64,000 nucleotides of DNA, taken from the NCBI GenBank assembly GCA_031285625.1, contig JAITVV010000070.1:1-64000 (forward strand), read 5' to 3'. The notes beneath the pieces are model-generated. The model did not search any database, was not told the DNA's origin, and was given only the letters and a program-made list of their open reading frames with translations. The DNA comes from Prevotella sp. (GTDB lineage Bacteria; Bacteroidota; Bacteroidia; Bacteroidales; Dysgonomonadaceae). A program made the position numbers and the translations under genes. Positions 20,700-31,911 of this stretch are shown one piece after another. The stretch's first letter is position 1. Every line of letters begins with the position of its first letter.

Positions 20700-20810
20700 A
20701 GCAGGTTTTTAAGTAATAGTAAGTTTAAAAAGCACTTATAAAAGTAATAAATAGGTGCGAGACCTAAACATCTTATGATACAAAAATAAGAGTTATATTT
20801 GTAAATTGAG

Positions 20811-22985
20811 TTGAAAAATGATCAAATAATGGATGCATCTACAAACAGTATTTTCGAGTTAGCTACCGATATAGTTTTACACACTTCGCAATCAGTATTT
20901 CTAACAGGGAAGGCAGGGACAGGAAAGACTACTTTTCTTCATCATATACGCGAGAGAGCTGATAAGAATATAATTGTAGCTGCACCCACCGGAGTTGCTG
21001 CTATTAATGCGGGCGGCGTTACATTGCATTCTTTACTCCAGCTTCCTTTCGAGCCGTTTATTCCTAACTTTGAAGGGAAGAAGAAGCTTGATTATCATTT
21101 CAAACTACGCAAGTCGAAAATAGAAATGCTACGTGAACTCGACTTACTTATTATAGATGAAGTAAGTATGCTCCGTGCCGATATGCTGGATGCAATAGAT
21201 TATATGCTTCGCAGATACCGTAACAATCAACAGCCATTTGGAGGAGTTCAGATACTTTTTATCGGAGATATGTTCCAATTACCTCCTGTGGTTCAAAATG
21301 CAGAGTGGGAACAGTTGAAGCATTATTACCCTTCCCCGTTCTTTTTTCATGCACAGGTATTGGAGAATTTTCCATTACTATATGTCGAATTAAAAACAAT
21401 ATATCGCCAGCAAGACCAGCACTTTATAAGTATATTGAACAATGTGCGTAATAACTGTACTACAACGCAAGATCTGCAATTATTAAACGGACGGTATAAC
21501 CCTTCTTTTAAGTTGACTAAAAAGAACAACTATATTGTTTTGTGTACTCATAATTATAAGGCTGACAGGATTAATAATGAAGAGCTTGCTCAACTTGGTG
21601 GAAAGGAATATATTTTCAAAGGAAAGATACAAGGAGATTTTTCGGAAAATGCTTTGCCTACCGAACATGATCTGATCCTAAAAGAAGGAGCCCAGATAAT
21701 GTTTGTGAAAAATGATATGGGTGAGAGCCGCCGTTATTATAATGGTAAGCTCGGTATTATAAAGCAATTGAAAGAGGATAAAATTCTTGTAAGCTTCGAA
21801 AATGGCGATGAAATGGAACTGGAACTCGATTCCTGGAAAAATGTTCGCTATACCTTGAATGAAGAATCGGGAGAAATAGAGGAAGAAGAACTAGGATCAT
21901 TCACTCAGTATCCAATACGGCTTGCGTGGGCGATAACTATTCATAAAAGCCAGGGACTTACTTTCGATCGTGTAGTGATTGATGCTGGACAGGCTTTTGC
22001 AGCAGGGCAGGTGTATGTAGCGCTTAGCCGTTGTACAACTCTGGATGGTATTATTTTATTTTCCCGCATTACCCCACAGAGCATTAGTACCGATCCGTAT
22101 GCAATAGAATTTGCGCGTAACGAGCAGGATGTTTCCTTCCTTAATGATATTTTAAAAAAGGAAAAGCCAAATTATTGCGCTACTCAGCTAGTAAAAAATT
22201 TTGACTGGAATCCTTTTATCCGTAGTTTACATTCATTGCATGAAATTGCAGCAGAAAAGAAAATCCCAGATAAGGAGGAGGTTCAGGCTATGATTGCACA
22301 AATGTGCAGTAAAGCAATCGAACAACAGGAGATTGCACAGAATTTTATAAAAGAACTCCGGCGTTTACTGTCAACTCCAACTCCGGATATAGACAGGCTG
22401 AAAGACCGTGTGCAAAAGGCTGCCTTATATTTTCATAAAGATGTACTGGAAAATATAGTTCTCCCAATAGAGTTGCATATGGAAAGATTTAAACATAAAT
22501 CGAAAGTAAAAGCATATCTGAAAAAGGCAAACGAGATACATGCGACTTTACTTAGGCTGCTCTCGCGAATAGAGCATATCAGATATGGGAATATTGACCT
22601 GACATCAGATCTAACCTTTACAAAAGCGACAATGTCTAAGGTTGAAGTTCAAAAAGAAGAAAAGAATAAGCCTCAAAAGGGAGATAGTCACCGGCTATCA
22701 TTAACCTTATTCAACGAAGGAAAATCTGTAAAGGAGATTGCCGCAGAACGTAATTTAACTCCGACAACAATAGAAGGACATTTAGCTAGCTTTATTCTTA
22801 CAGGGGAATTGGATGTAATAAAACTTGTACCGGATAATAAAATCCAATACTTGTTACCTGTACTTAAAAATATAGATCCGAAAACATCCCTCTCTATAAT
22901 AAAAGAAAAACTACCGAAAGAATGTACCTATATGGATATAAAAGCTGTTTTAAATTACATAAAATATATGGAAGATACTAAATAA
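20811..22985 (+). CDS. Pif1/RecD-like SF1 helicase with C-terminal HTH
   Basis: GKAGTGKT, DEVSM, GDMFQLPPV, WAITIHKSQGLT, YVALSR; KEIAAERNLTPTTIEGHL (start may be ATG 20829). Confidence 0.9.
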   Translation: MKNDQIMDASTNSIFELATDIVLHTSQSVFLTGKAGTGKTTFLHHIRERADKNIIVAAPTGVAAINAGGVTLHSLLQLPFEPFIPNFEGKKKLDYHFKLRKSKIEMLRELDLLIIDEVSMLRADMLDAIDYMLRRYRNNQQPFGGVQILFIGDMFQLPPVVQNAEWEQLKHYYPSPFFFHAQVLENFPLLYVELKTIYRQQDQHFISILNNVRNNCTTTQDLQLLNGRYNPSFKLTKKNNYIVLCTHNYKADRINNEELAQLGGKEYIFKGKIQGDFSENALPTEHDLILKEGAQIMFVKNDMGESRRYYNGKLGIIKQLKEDKILVSFENGDEMELELDSWKNVRYTLNEESGEIEEEELGSFTQYPIRLAWAITIHKSQGLTFDRVVIDAGQAFAAGQVYVALSRCTTLDGIILFSRITPQSISTDPYAIEFARNEQDVSFLNDILKKEKPNYCATQLVKNFDWNPFIRSLHSLHEIAAEKKIPDKEEVQAMIAQMCSKAIEQQEIAQNFIKELRRLLSTPTPDIDRLKDRVQKAALYFHKDVLENIVLPIELHMERFKHKSKVKAYLKKANEIHATLLRLLSRIEHIRYGNIDLTSDLTFTKATMSKVEVQKEEKNKPQKGDSHRLSLTLFNEGKSVKEIAAERNLTPTTIEGHLASFILTGELDVIKLVPDNKIQYLLPVLKNIDPKTSLSIIKEKLPKECTYMDIKAVLNYIKYMEDTK

Positions 22986-23023
22986 AAAAACGAATAGATA
23001 TCAAATGATATCTATTCGTTTTT
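22984..23023. terminator. Bidirectional terminator
   Basis: AAAAACGAATAGATATCA-AA-TGATATCTATTCGTTTTT perfect stem. Confidence 0.85.
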
Positions 23024-23036
23024 GGTTAGTTCCATA

Positions 23037-25415
23037 TTACAATAAATTTCCGATCTTAAATCCGAGAAACACTGTACGTGGTAAGCTTGGCCCGTAAATA
23101 TAAGACGGATCACGGTCAATGCCTTTATCAAAATCGTCTTGGTACGAATTGAAAATATTTTTCATTCCGGCAAACCATTCTATAGTCACATTTCCTGTTA
23201 ACCTCATATCATAATGCAATTTCAATCCTGCATCAAAAAAACTTTTCGATTTATATAATTTTCCTTCTTCAGGATTCGCTATCTCAGGTCCAAAATATGG
23301 TACAAGCATTTTTCCTGTATAGTTCCCTGTTACTGATACACCCAGATTGCGGACAAACTCCCAATCCATAGCAAAGAATCCATAGTTGTCAGGTGTTCTG
23401 AAGAATTTCTTTTCTCCAAATGTTTCTTCAGCCACATTGTATTTACTTGATTGTACTGTAAATCCGGCACTGAAATTTAGCTTATCAGATGGTATCAATT
23501 TCAATTCGAGATTTACACCTTGTACTACAGCTCCGTCTTTGGAGTTTATACGAGTATATATTACAGTCCCGTTTTCGTCCGGTTCTCCTATCTCGTTCCG
23601 GAAGGGATTGTGTAACTTATTATAAAAACCTTCAACTAAGATATTCGTGTTTACTCCTCCTATCTTTTTATTAAAATCGAAAGATAACGTGAAGCTTGTG
23701 CTATTCTCTTGTTTCAGATCCGGATCATTCTTATTAATAACCTGACGTGAACCGGATGTTTCGATATGTAAATCCTCATCGAAGATCTGAGGGGCGCGAT
23801 AACCTCTCGAGAATCCTAAACGCGTTTGCAAATATGGCATAACATCATACATAACGCTTGCACGCGGAACAAAAACAGTTCCCGATTTATCACTATCTGT
23901 TTGTTTATCGTTTATTGAATAATGCTCTACCCGTGCTCCTGCCAGAAACTTAGCTTTACCAACTTTTATCTCATACTGGGCAAAGCCTCCGGTGGTTGAT
24001 AAAGATTGATCAGAGACAATGCGGTTTGGAACGTGATTAACAATTATCTCTGTTCCCGTTTCATCTATTTCATATTCCGGATAACCAAGCTTCTTATCTA
24101 TCAGGTGCGAACCTGTATGTTCGATTCCTCCAATCAATGAAGAATTATCATTGATTGAGATTTTATACTGAGCCCCTACATTATAGGTTTTATCTTTTGT
24201 ATTTCCATAATCGCTCAACGATTGGTTTGCTCCATAATAAGAATCACGATCAAGATACTGTCCCGAGCCGAATACTGTCAGCAGATCGCTTTCGCGAAGA
24301 TATTGCTCATAGGTTAAAGCTCCTGTTATCATGTCATGTTTTACAGATTCGGATATATCCCTTTCATGATCAGGATAGTCTTGTTTGTTTCCACCTTTAC
24401 GTTGTTCGCGTATATTGAAGAAATCGAGACTTAGTTTGCTCCTGTATGCCGGACGATAGAATATGCGTGTGCCAATAACAGTATTCTTCATTGGTGCTAT
24501 CTCTGAAAAACTGTCGTCATTTGCATCAAACATTTTTCGGTCACGCATATTACCAAAAACAGAAATACCTGCTTTATGGTCATCTGTAACCAGTGTTGCA
24601 TTAAAAGTGGCGTTGTAATCAGCTGCAGGACCATTAGATCCGTTTACTCCGGTACCAATGAGTGAAGTGTTGAATCCAGCCTCGAAACTATTTGTCTTAG
24701 GGTCTTTAAGTATGAGGTTGATAGTTCCGGCAATAGCATTGGAACCATAAAGAACAGATCCACCTCCTCTGACAACCTCAATGCGTTCGAGCATATTTGC
24801 CGGGATCAATTCCAGACCATACACTCCGGCTAATCCGCTGAATATAGGACGGCTATTAATCAATATCTGAGAGTAAGGCCCTTCCATACCATTCATCCTG
24901 ATTTGAGAAAAGCCACAATTCTGACAATCATTTTCGTAACGTAGTCCGGTGCAATAATTTAATCCTTCGCCTAAAACTACAGATTGCGTGGTCTCAAGCA
25001 TTTTTGCACTGATTGTATTTACTATAACCGGAGCCTCATTGCGCTTTTGGGATGTACGGCCGGCAGTAACAACTACTTCGTTCAGCTTCAAAGCATCTTC
25101 TTCTATTTCGAAGTTGACTTCTACCGATTTTCCTCTTTTAAGCTCTATCTCTTTTTCTTGAGGTTTAAACCCAATACCTTCAGCAACTACAATAAACTTG
25201 CCTTCAGGAAGGTTTTTAAGGGCATAATGTCCTGTTGCATCGGTTGATATTCCTATTGTCGTATTTTTTAATACTACATTGATAAAAGGAACATGTTCTC
25301 CAGTTTGACGATTTATTACATGTCCGAATATATTCGCATCGGTACGGACAAGGCTTGCCTGTACATCAATTAATGTAAAGATGAATAGTGATAATATTAG
25401 TATATGTTTTTTCAT
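23037..25415 (-). CDS. TonB-dependent receptor, probably metal uptake
   Basis: Signal peptide, carboxypeptidase-regulatory-like domain, plug with CQNC, IEVVRGGGS..YG. Confidence 0.9.
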   Translation of the reverse strand: MKKHILILSLFIFTLIDVQASLVRTDANIFGHVINRQTGEHVPFINVVLKNTTIGISTDATGHYALKNLPEGKFIVVAEGIGFKPQEKEIELKRGKSVEVNFEIEEDALKLNEVVVTAGRTSQKRNEAPVIVNTISAKMLETTQSVVLGEGLNYCTGLRYENDCQNCGFSQIRMNGMEGPYSQILINSRPIFSGLAGVYGLELIPANMLERIEVVRGGGSVLYGSNAIAGTINLILKDPKTNSFEAGFNTSLIGTGVNGSNGPAADYNATFNATLVTDDHKAGISVFGNMRDRKMFDANDDSFSEIAPMKNTVIGTRIFYRPAYRSKLSLDFFNIREQRKGGNKQDYPDHERDISESVKHDMITGALTYEQYLRESDLLTVFGSGQYLDRDSYYGANQSLSDYGNTKDKTYNVGAQYKISINDNSSLIGGIEHTGSHLIDKKLGYPEYEIDETGTEIIVNHVPNRIVSDQSLSTTGGFAQYEIKVGKAKFLAGARVEHYSINDKQTDSDKSGTVFVPRASVMYDVMPYLQTRLGFSRGYRAPQIFDEDLHIETSGSRQVINKNDPDLKQENSTSFTLSFDFNKKIGGVNTNILVEGFYNKLHNPFRNEIGEPDENGTVIYTRINSKDGAVVQGVNLELKLIPSDKLNFSAGFTVQSSKYNVAEETFGEKKFFRTPDNYGFFAMDWEFVRNLGVSVTGNYTGKMLVPYFGPEIANPEEGKLYKSKSFFDAGLKLHYDMRLTGNVTIEWFAGMKNIFNSYQDDFDKGIDRDPSYIYGPSLPRTVFLGFKIGNLL

Positions 25416-25484
25416 TGTTTTATAATGATATGATGATCAATGTCAAAATTTCGCAATTCTGACGTTAATTAGTTCAATATTTCA

Positions 25485-25850
25485 TTATAAAACAGGAGGA
25501 GGGCGTAAGAAGAAACTGTCCTTCAGAATATTCTTCTTCTCGAATGAGTAGAATTTCAGAACAAGAATAGTGACTTCATTCCGGAATTTTGTAAAAGAAA
25601 AGGTAGGTGGAGCGAATTCTGATACTTCAACGGTCATAAGATGTTGTATCATCTTCAGTTCGGCACTGGAATGTGAGTGTGCTGATTTTTTCTCTCCTGA
25701 ATAAAGATGAGAGTGTAATATAACTTCACCATCTACAATATGAACATGGTGAAACAGATTAACAGAGGTGAGATATAATATTAAAACAAGTAATAGGCCA
25801 GCTTTGAGGGTGGCTATTGTAATCTTGTTATATTTAGTATCTCTATACAA
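25485..25850 (-). CDS. His-rich leader-type protein ending LRPPPVL, upstream of TonB receptor
   Basis: Hydrophobic N-terminus, HHVH..HSH..HSH, C-terminal RPPP. Confidence 0.7.
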   Translation of the reverse strand: MYRDTKYNKITIATLKAGLLLVLILYLTSVNLFHHVHIVDGEVILHSHLYSGEKKSAHSHSSAELKMIQHLMTVEVSEFAPPTFSFTKFRNEVTILVLKFYSFEKKNILKDSFFLRPPPVL

Positions 25851-25874
25851 GGTATGATATAATTAAATAAGCTG

Positions 25875-25882
25875 CAAAAGTA
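25875..25882 (-). promoter_or_regulatory. -7 promoter element for leader/TonB receptor unit
   Basis: TACTTTTG on minus strand 25 nt before TTG start. Confidence 0.5.
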
Positions 25883-25962
25883 TACAATTTGTATTCTTTT
25901 AACAATCCCTATTGTTAGGTATTTTTTATAAGTTTAATACCTAATTCTTTCGAGTTACAAAA

Positions 25963-25990
25963 TAAAAAAAATCCGTGGTTTCCACGGATT
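25963..25990 (-). terminator. Terminator of outer-membrane protein gene
   Basis: AATCCGTGG-TTT-CCACGGATT with a T run on the minus strand. Confidence 0.7.
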
Positions 25991-25998
25991 ATCATTTA

Positions 25999-28821
25999 TT
26001 ACATCATTGGACCACCAGGACCACCCGGAGGAGGTCCACCATGACCTCTGCCTCCCCAACCTCTGTTACCTGTGTCCAGGTCACTGCTTTTGGTTCCTTT
26101 ACCAAATATCTGGAATTTATATATGAGGTGAACCATAAAGTAGCTGTTGATCGTATTGGAAATACTTTCTTGTATATATTGTGCTGTCTGTTGATTGCTG
26201 ATATTGCTTCTCTCTTGTAAAATATCATATATCTTAAAGATACCCTTCATCAAACGATCCATGTCATAGGTCAATGAAGCATTCCATAACCATTCGTCCA
26301 GTTTATAGCCTGTAGAATACCCGGAGTTTGTCGAATACTGAATGTCAGACTGTAAGGTCAAACCATAAGGTAGATAAAAAGAGAAATCTCCTTTGCCTCC
26401 ATAAGTAAACACTTCCTGGTCTGATTGTGTGGATATCGTATTTTTTATATTATTATAAGAAAAATTCCCACTGACATTGAATAATACACGCGTATCCCTT
26501 AATGTTTTTATTTCATCACCTAATGCTCCTGTACGGAATTGTAAACCTATATTTTCACGAACGCTATATATATCTGCTTTGTTTTTGGATGTAATGTCAT
26601 TTGTATTTACATAGGTATTTTCTCGCTGATATCCTCCCATTGTCATCGTATTAAACGTGAACTTTTTATTCCGAAGTGGTGTATTGAATATGAAACGTAA
26701 GTTTCCATTCATATTTCCGTTCACATTTTTATATGTAGTCTCTCTGGATTGCCCCTGATACCTTGTAGTATTAACTATTGCATTATTGGTATAATTGAAA
26801 TTACCAAAAAGCATCATATTTGAAGCTGTCTCAGTATTAAATTTCTGATAACGTAGTCGTAGTCTATGAACAAAACTAGGCTTCAGATTGGGATTACCAT
26901 AAGTGATATTAAAACCGTTCTGAGAAATAATACCATCGTATAATTGGGTCGTAGTCGGCTGAGTAGTTCTTCCACTATAGTCCAATCTTATACTATGTCT
27001 TTTATCCCATCTATAATTGAATTGCCCGTTAGGAGCAAAACTAAGAAAATTTCGAGGCTTAATATCTTTTTCGGCCTCTCCCGGCTGAACGATACTGGTC
27101 TTTGAGCGGGATGGTTCTAAGCCAACACCTAATGTATAATCGAATTTTTCTCTTATGGATTTAAAATTTAATGATATATTCTGATTCAGGAAATCATTCT
27201 TTACGTTCCGGGTATATTCCTGAGCTACAGCATCATAATTACCTCCTGCATCTTTGTCATATGTGCGTCTGTCTGTCTCAGAATGGTTATTGCGTATATT
27301 ATATGTCAATTGCAGGAAATTATCCCTGCCTAATGGTTCAACATATGAAATAAAGGCACGCCAGTTATAGCTTTTATCATCCTGCAAAGATTTTTGGTCA
27401 CGGATGGAATCCTTTTTCAAAGGATCGGCATATGTAGAATGTGAGAAATCATAACCTTCACTATCCGAATTATCCAATCCGCCAGAAAAGCTAAAGCTTA
27501 GTACACGGCCCTCATTGTTTAGTTTTCGACTAATGTCGAGATCTCCATTTAGCGATAAACCTTTTCCTTCGGTATTATTACGCGATGATTCAGAATAGTT
27601 TTCTGTATTATTTTCCGAAAATGTAGTTTCACTCTCAGCGACCTGCTCATTTCTGTTTTTATTATATTGTATATTCGGTCTGAAAATTATTTTAGTCATT
27701 TCGTCTGGCGTCCACTCAAAGCGGAAATTTGCTCCGAAATTATTACTCCTGTTATTTCCAAAAGAATTTGTTTCCTCAGTTTGGTCTGTACCTGTATATC
27801 GCCTGGTAGAAGTCGTGGAGACATCATTATCAACCGATCCGTAACGGATATTACCTCCATATTTTAGCTTATCGGAATACTCTGTTGCGAAGTTAAATCC
27901 ACCATTGATTGTCTTTGCGACACCATTATTCGATCCAAATCTCATTCGACCGCCACCTCGACCGCCAAATGTATTAGATGCGAAATCTGTAAATCCGGCA
28001 TTATTTGTATTGTTTACACCTCCCAGTAATGTATATTGGCTATTATTCCGCATATAATTAACCATACCGTTTACCTCGTATCTGTCTTTGTTTCCCAATC
28101 CTGCGAAGGCATTGCCGAATACACCTTGTTTCATGCCTTTTTTTATTGTAAGGTTTATGACTGTTTCGTCATCTCCATCATCAAATCCGGTCATCTGGGA
28201 CATATCCGATTTCCGGTCGAGGACCTGCAGTTTATCTACCATGCTAGCCGGAAGATTTTTAGAAGCGACTTTAGGGTCGTCACTGAAAAATTCCTTACCA
28301 TCAACAAGGAATTTCTTCACCTCTTTCCCATTGATTGTAATCTTCCCGTTTTCATCGATTTCGGCTCCAGGCATCCGCTTTATCATATCTTCTATCACAT
28401 CGCTTTCTTGTGCTTTGTATGAATCTGCATTATATTCCAGTGTATCGCCTTTTACCTGTATTTCTATAGCCTTGGCTTCTACAACAGCTTCTCCTAACAT
28501 AATGGCATCTTCTTTCATATACACATCTCCTACAGATGTTTTTTGTGGACTTACATTGACAAAGTGATCAGAATATCCAATAAAAGAAATTTGAGTAATA
28601 TACCTTCCGGATTTTACGCTCACATTGAATTTACCATCTAGGTTGGTTACAGTTCCGGTTACATAAGAGCTGTCCTTTGCATTCAGAATCCTGATACTGG
28701 CCATTTCTATGGGTTCTTTCAGATCATCAAAAACAGTTCCGGTTATTTTTATATTTTGTGACTGTGCATTCACTCCCAAAAACATGCACAACAATAGAAT
28801 TAGCGGAGTATTCCTTTTCAT
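25999..28821 (-). CDS. Outer-membrane beta-barrel family protein (TonB-receptor-like)
   Basis: Signal peptide, KGDTLEYNA, RMPG, VDGKEFF..DPK, Gly/Pro-rich tail. Confidence 0.8.
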   Translation of the reverse strand: MKRNTPLILLLCMFLGVNAQSQNIKITGTVFDDLKEPIEMASIRILNAKDSSYVTGTVTNLDGKFNVSVKSGRYITQISFIGYSDHFVNVSPQKTSVGDVYMKEDAIMLGEAVVEAKAIEIQVKGDTLEYNADSYKAQESDVIEDMIKRMPGAEIDENGKITINGKEVKKFLVDGKEFFSDDPKVASKNLPASMVDKLQVLDRKSDMSQMTGFDDGDDETVINLTIKKGMKQGVFGNAFAGLGNKDRYEVNGMVNYMRNNSQYTLLGGVNNTNNAGFTDFASNTFGGRGGGRMRFGSNNGVAKTINGGFNFATEYSDKLKYGGNIRYGSVDNDVSTTSTRRYTGTDQTEETNSFGNNRSNNFGANFRFEWTPDEMTKIIFRPNIQYNKNRNEQVAESETTFSENNTENYSESSRNNTEGKGLSLNGDLDISRKLNNEGRVLSFSFSGGLDNSDSEGYDFSHSTYADPLKKDSIRDQKSLQDDKSYNWRAFISYVEPLGRDNFLQLTYNIRNNHSETDRRTYDKDAGGNYDAVAQEYTRNVKNDFLNQNISLNFKSIREKFDYTLGVGLEPSRSKTSIVQPGEAEKDIKPRNFLSFAPNGQFNYRWDKRHSIRLDYSGRTTQPTTTQLYDGIISQNGFNITYGNPNLKPSFVHRLRLRYQKFNTETASNMMLFGNFNYTNNAIVNTTRYQGQSRETTYKNVNGNMNGNLRFIFNTPLRNKKFTFNTMTMGGYQRENTYVNTNDITSKNKADIYSVRENIGLQFRTGALGDEIKTLRDTRVLFNVSGNFSYNNIKNTISTQSDQEVFTYGGKGDFSFYLPYGLTLQSDIQYSTNSGYSTGYKLDEWLWNASLTYDMDRLMKGIFKIYDILQERSNISNQQTAQYIQESISNTINSYFMVHLIYKFQIFGKGTKSSDLDTGNRGWGGRGHGGPPPGGPGGPMM

Positions 28822-29294
28822 CGTTTCCTTATAATGAGATTATATAACAGTTATGTTCTGACTAATAAAATTGAAAAAGGTTTAATTAGACATCTTTTTT
28901 TATCAAAAATTTAATATTTATTTGCCTTTCTGTCAAACCATGTGTAATAATATCTGATACAGAGCAATAATGTAAGTTTATATATGTGTTATGATAAAAG
29001 ATAACTTCTTATTACGATAATATAGTTACAGCTTTTATAAACTTTTTTATAATATTAAAGTCAAATATCCTCAAAAATATGGATATCAATTATATCCGGC
29101 AATTATAATCGACAAAGGGTACTATTCTCTCGACAAAATGTCGAATGCATTCTGATTTAATGAAATATGTAATCTTATTTCCTGTCGCGTTGTTCATAAA
29201 AGATAAAAAAGACAAAGATATTCTTGATGAAAAAGCGTTATATTTGTGCTTAATTATTTTGTAAAATCGGGATAGGATATCCTTACTTCACTAT

Positions 29295-31775
29295 ATGGCA
29301 AAAAAAACAGTTCAAAAAAAGAAAACTCAAAATAAAGGTTCTTCATTTATAGAATTTATAAAAAGAGAACGTACCCGGTTTTTACTGGGTGTGTGCCTTG
29401 CATTTGTTGGGGCATATATTTTACTTGGTGAAATATCGTTTTTCTTTACAGGCGCGGCAGATCAAAGTAAAGTGACAAACAAATTCTTCTTTGACCTTAT
29501 TTCTCACAAACAGGAAATAAGTAACTGGACGGGCGTATTAGGCGCTTTTGTAGCAGAGAAGTTAATCAATAGTTGGTTTGGTATTTTCTCTTTACTCATC
29601 CCTGTATATTTTATTTTAATGGGATTGAAGTTGATGCGTGTATTGAAAGTTTCGGCTATACGTTCCTTCCTTCTCTCGGCATATGCTATTGTATGGGGCT
29701 CTCTCACTTGTGCATTTATTTCCAGATTGATAAATGATGGCAGTAACATTTCCTGGGGAGGGGATCATGGTACAGAAGTAGAGAGAATACTGGAAGCTGC
29801 TTTAGGTATTCCGGGAGTTATAATGGTTATTATACTATTACTAATTATTTTCCTGATCATAACTAAAAAGGCATCTATGGAATTTTTCAGAGGATTATTT
29901 AAGAATCCGCTGAGAAGTAATTCTGCAAATACGGAAGAAGAATATGAAGAAGAAGTGATAATCGAACCTGAAAAGGAAAAGAAAAGTTGGTTTAGTTTTC
30001 TAAAACGAAAGAAGGATGCTGTTGAACCAGAGATCATTTCCGATGATGTATTAATTCCAGATCCTTTACCTGTTGAGAAATTCGTTAAGCCTAAGAATAC
30101 TTCAACATTAAAAGTAGATAACGATTTTGAGATAGTTATTCCCAAAGATGAAGAATTTGTAGAGCCTATAAGAAGAACTATAGAACCTAAATCCAATACA
30201 ATATCAGATCCCGAGATACTTGATCCGGAAATCCTCACGGATATTATGCCGGAAGGTGAAGAGATGGAAGAATATGATCCTACAAAAGACCTCTCTAATT
30301 TTCATTTTCCATCCACAGAGCTTTTGAAAATATATGATACTACCGGAAAGGGGGTGGACATGGAGGAACAGAATGCCAATAAGAGTAAGATTATTACTAC
30401 TCTTCAGAATTATGGAATTGAAATCACCTCTATAAAAGCAACTGTTGGGCCTACCATCACATTGTATGAGATAGTGCCGAAAGCTGGAGTACGTATTTCA
30501 AAGATCCGGAATCTGGAAGATGATATTGCCCTCAGTTTATCAGCTTTAGGTATCCGTATTATTGCACCAATGCCAGGTAAAGGTACTATTGGTATAGAAG
30601 TGCCGAATAAAGATCCCCAAATTGTATCTATGCAGTCGGTGATTGCATCCCGTAAGTTTCAGGAATGCGCATTTGACCTGCCTGTTGCATTAGGAAAGAC
30701 AATCACCAATGAGATTTTTATGTTTGACCTGTGTAAAATGCCCCATCTATTGGTTGCAGGAGCAACAGGACAAGGTAAATCGGTAGGTTTAAATGCTATT
30801 ATTACGTCATTGCTTTATAAAAAGCATCCTGCAGAAATGAAGATGGTGCTTGTGGACCCTAAGATGGTGGAGTTCAATATCTATTCGCGTATAGAAAAGC
30901 ATTATCTGGCGAAATTACCTGATGCTGAAAAAGCTATTATAACGGATGTGTCTAAAGTAACTCAAACGCTGAATTCCTTGACAAAAGAGATGGATGACCG
31001 TTATGAACTATTGATGAATGCCGGGGTGCGTAATATAAAAGAATATAACGAAAAATTCCGAAAACGCCGCCTGAATCCACTTAAGGGACATCGATTCCTT
31101 CCTTATCTGGTTATTATCATCGATGAGTTTGGCGACCTGATTATGACAGCCGGAAAGGAAATTGAAATGCCGATTGCCCGTATTGCCCAAAAGGCGCGTG
31201 CTGTGGGTATGCATATGGTGATAGCAACACAACGTCCAACAACAAATATTATAACAGGAACAATCAAGGCAAATTTCCCTGCCCGCATGGCTTTCCGCGT
31301 AACTTCACAGATAGACTCGCGTACTATTCTGGATATGTCGGGAGCAAATCAGCTAATAGGACGTGGAGATATGCTTTTCTCTCAGGGAAGTGATCTGGTA
31401 CGTATCCAATGCGCATTTGTAGATACGCCTGAGGTCGAAGGAATTGCACAATATATCGGTAGCCAACAGGGGTATGCGAATGCATTTGAGCTGCCTGAAT
31501 ATGTGGGAGAAGGTAGTGATGATAAGATTGGAAATATTGATCTCAATGATCGTGACCCTCTCTTTGATGAGGCTGCAAGGTTAATTGTAGTTCATCAGCA
31601 AGGTTCGACATCCCTTATACAACGGAAGTTTTCAATCGGATATAATCGCGCAGGCCGCTTGATGGATCAGTTGGAGGCAGCAGGCATTGTTGGTCCTACG
31701 CAAGGTAGCAAAGCTCGTGACGTACTCATTGCAGATGAATACAGTCTGGAGCAAAAATTAAATTCATTTGGCTGA
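29295..31775 (+). CDS. ftsK: DNA translocase FtsK
   Basis: N-terminal TMs, GATGQGKS, IIDEF, ATQRP, gamma domain SLIQRKFSIGYNRAGR. Confidence 0.97.
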   Translation: MAKKTVQKKKTQNKGSSFIEFIKRERTRFLLGVCLAFVGAYILLGEISFFFTGAADQSKVTNKFFFDLISHKQEISNWTGVLGAFVAEKLINSWFGIFSLLIPVYFILMGLKLMRVLKVSAIRSFLLSAYAIVWGSLTCAFISRLINDGSNISWGGDHGTEVERILEAALGIPGVIMVIILLLIIFLIITKKASMEFFRGLFKNPLRSNSANTEEEYEEEVIIEPEKEKKSWFSFLKRKKDAVEPEIISDDVLIPDPLPVEKFVKPKNTSTLKVDNDFEIVIPKDEEFVEPIRRTIEPKSNTISDPEILDPEILTDIMPEGEEMEEYDPTKDLSNFHFPSTELLKIYDTTGKGVDMEEQNANKSKIITTLQNYGIEITSIKATVGPTITLYEIVPKAGVRISKIRNLEDDIALSLSALGIRIIAPMPGKGTIGIEVPNKDPQIVSMQSVIASRKFQECAFDLPVALGKTITNEIFMFDLCKMPHLLVAGATGQGKSVGLNAIITSLLYKKHPAEMKMVLVDPKMVEFNIYSRIEKHYLAKLPDAEKAIITDVSKVTQTLNSLTKEMDDRYELLMNAGVRNIKEYNEKFRKRRLNPLKGHRFLPYLVIIIDEFGDLIMTAGKEIEMPIARIAQKARAVGMHMVIATQRPTTNIITGTIKANFPARMAFRVTSQIDSRTILDMSGANQLIGRGDMLFSQGSDLVRIQCAFVDTPEVEGIAQYIGSQQGYANAFELPEYVGEGSDDKIGNIDLNDRDPLFDEAARLIVVHQQGSTSLIQRKFSIGYNRAGRLMDQLEAAGIVGPTQGSKARDVLIADEYSLEQKLNSFG

Positions 31776-31911
31776 CAAACTTAGTAATTTTGTTGGAAAC
31801 CATTCCTTTTTGTAAAAAAAATACAAAGCTATGCAACATCTGTTAATTGATTGCATCTACTTATAAGTAACATAAACTATAAATACACAAATTATTAATT
31901 TAGAAATTACT

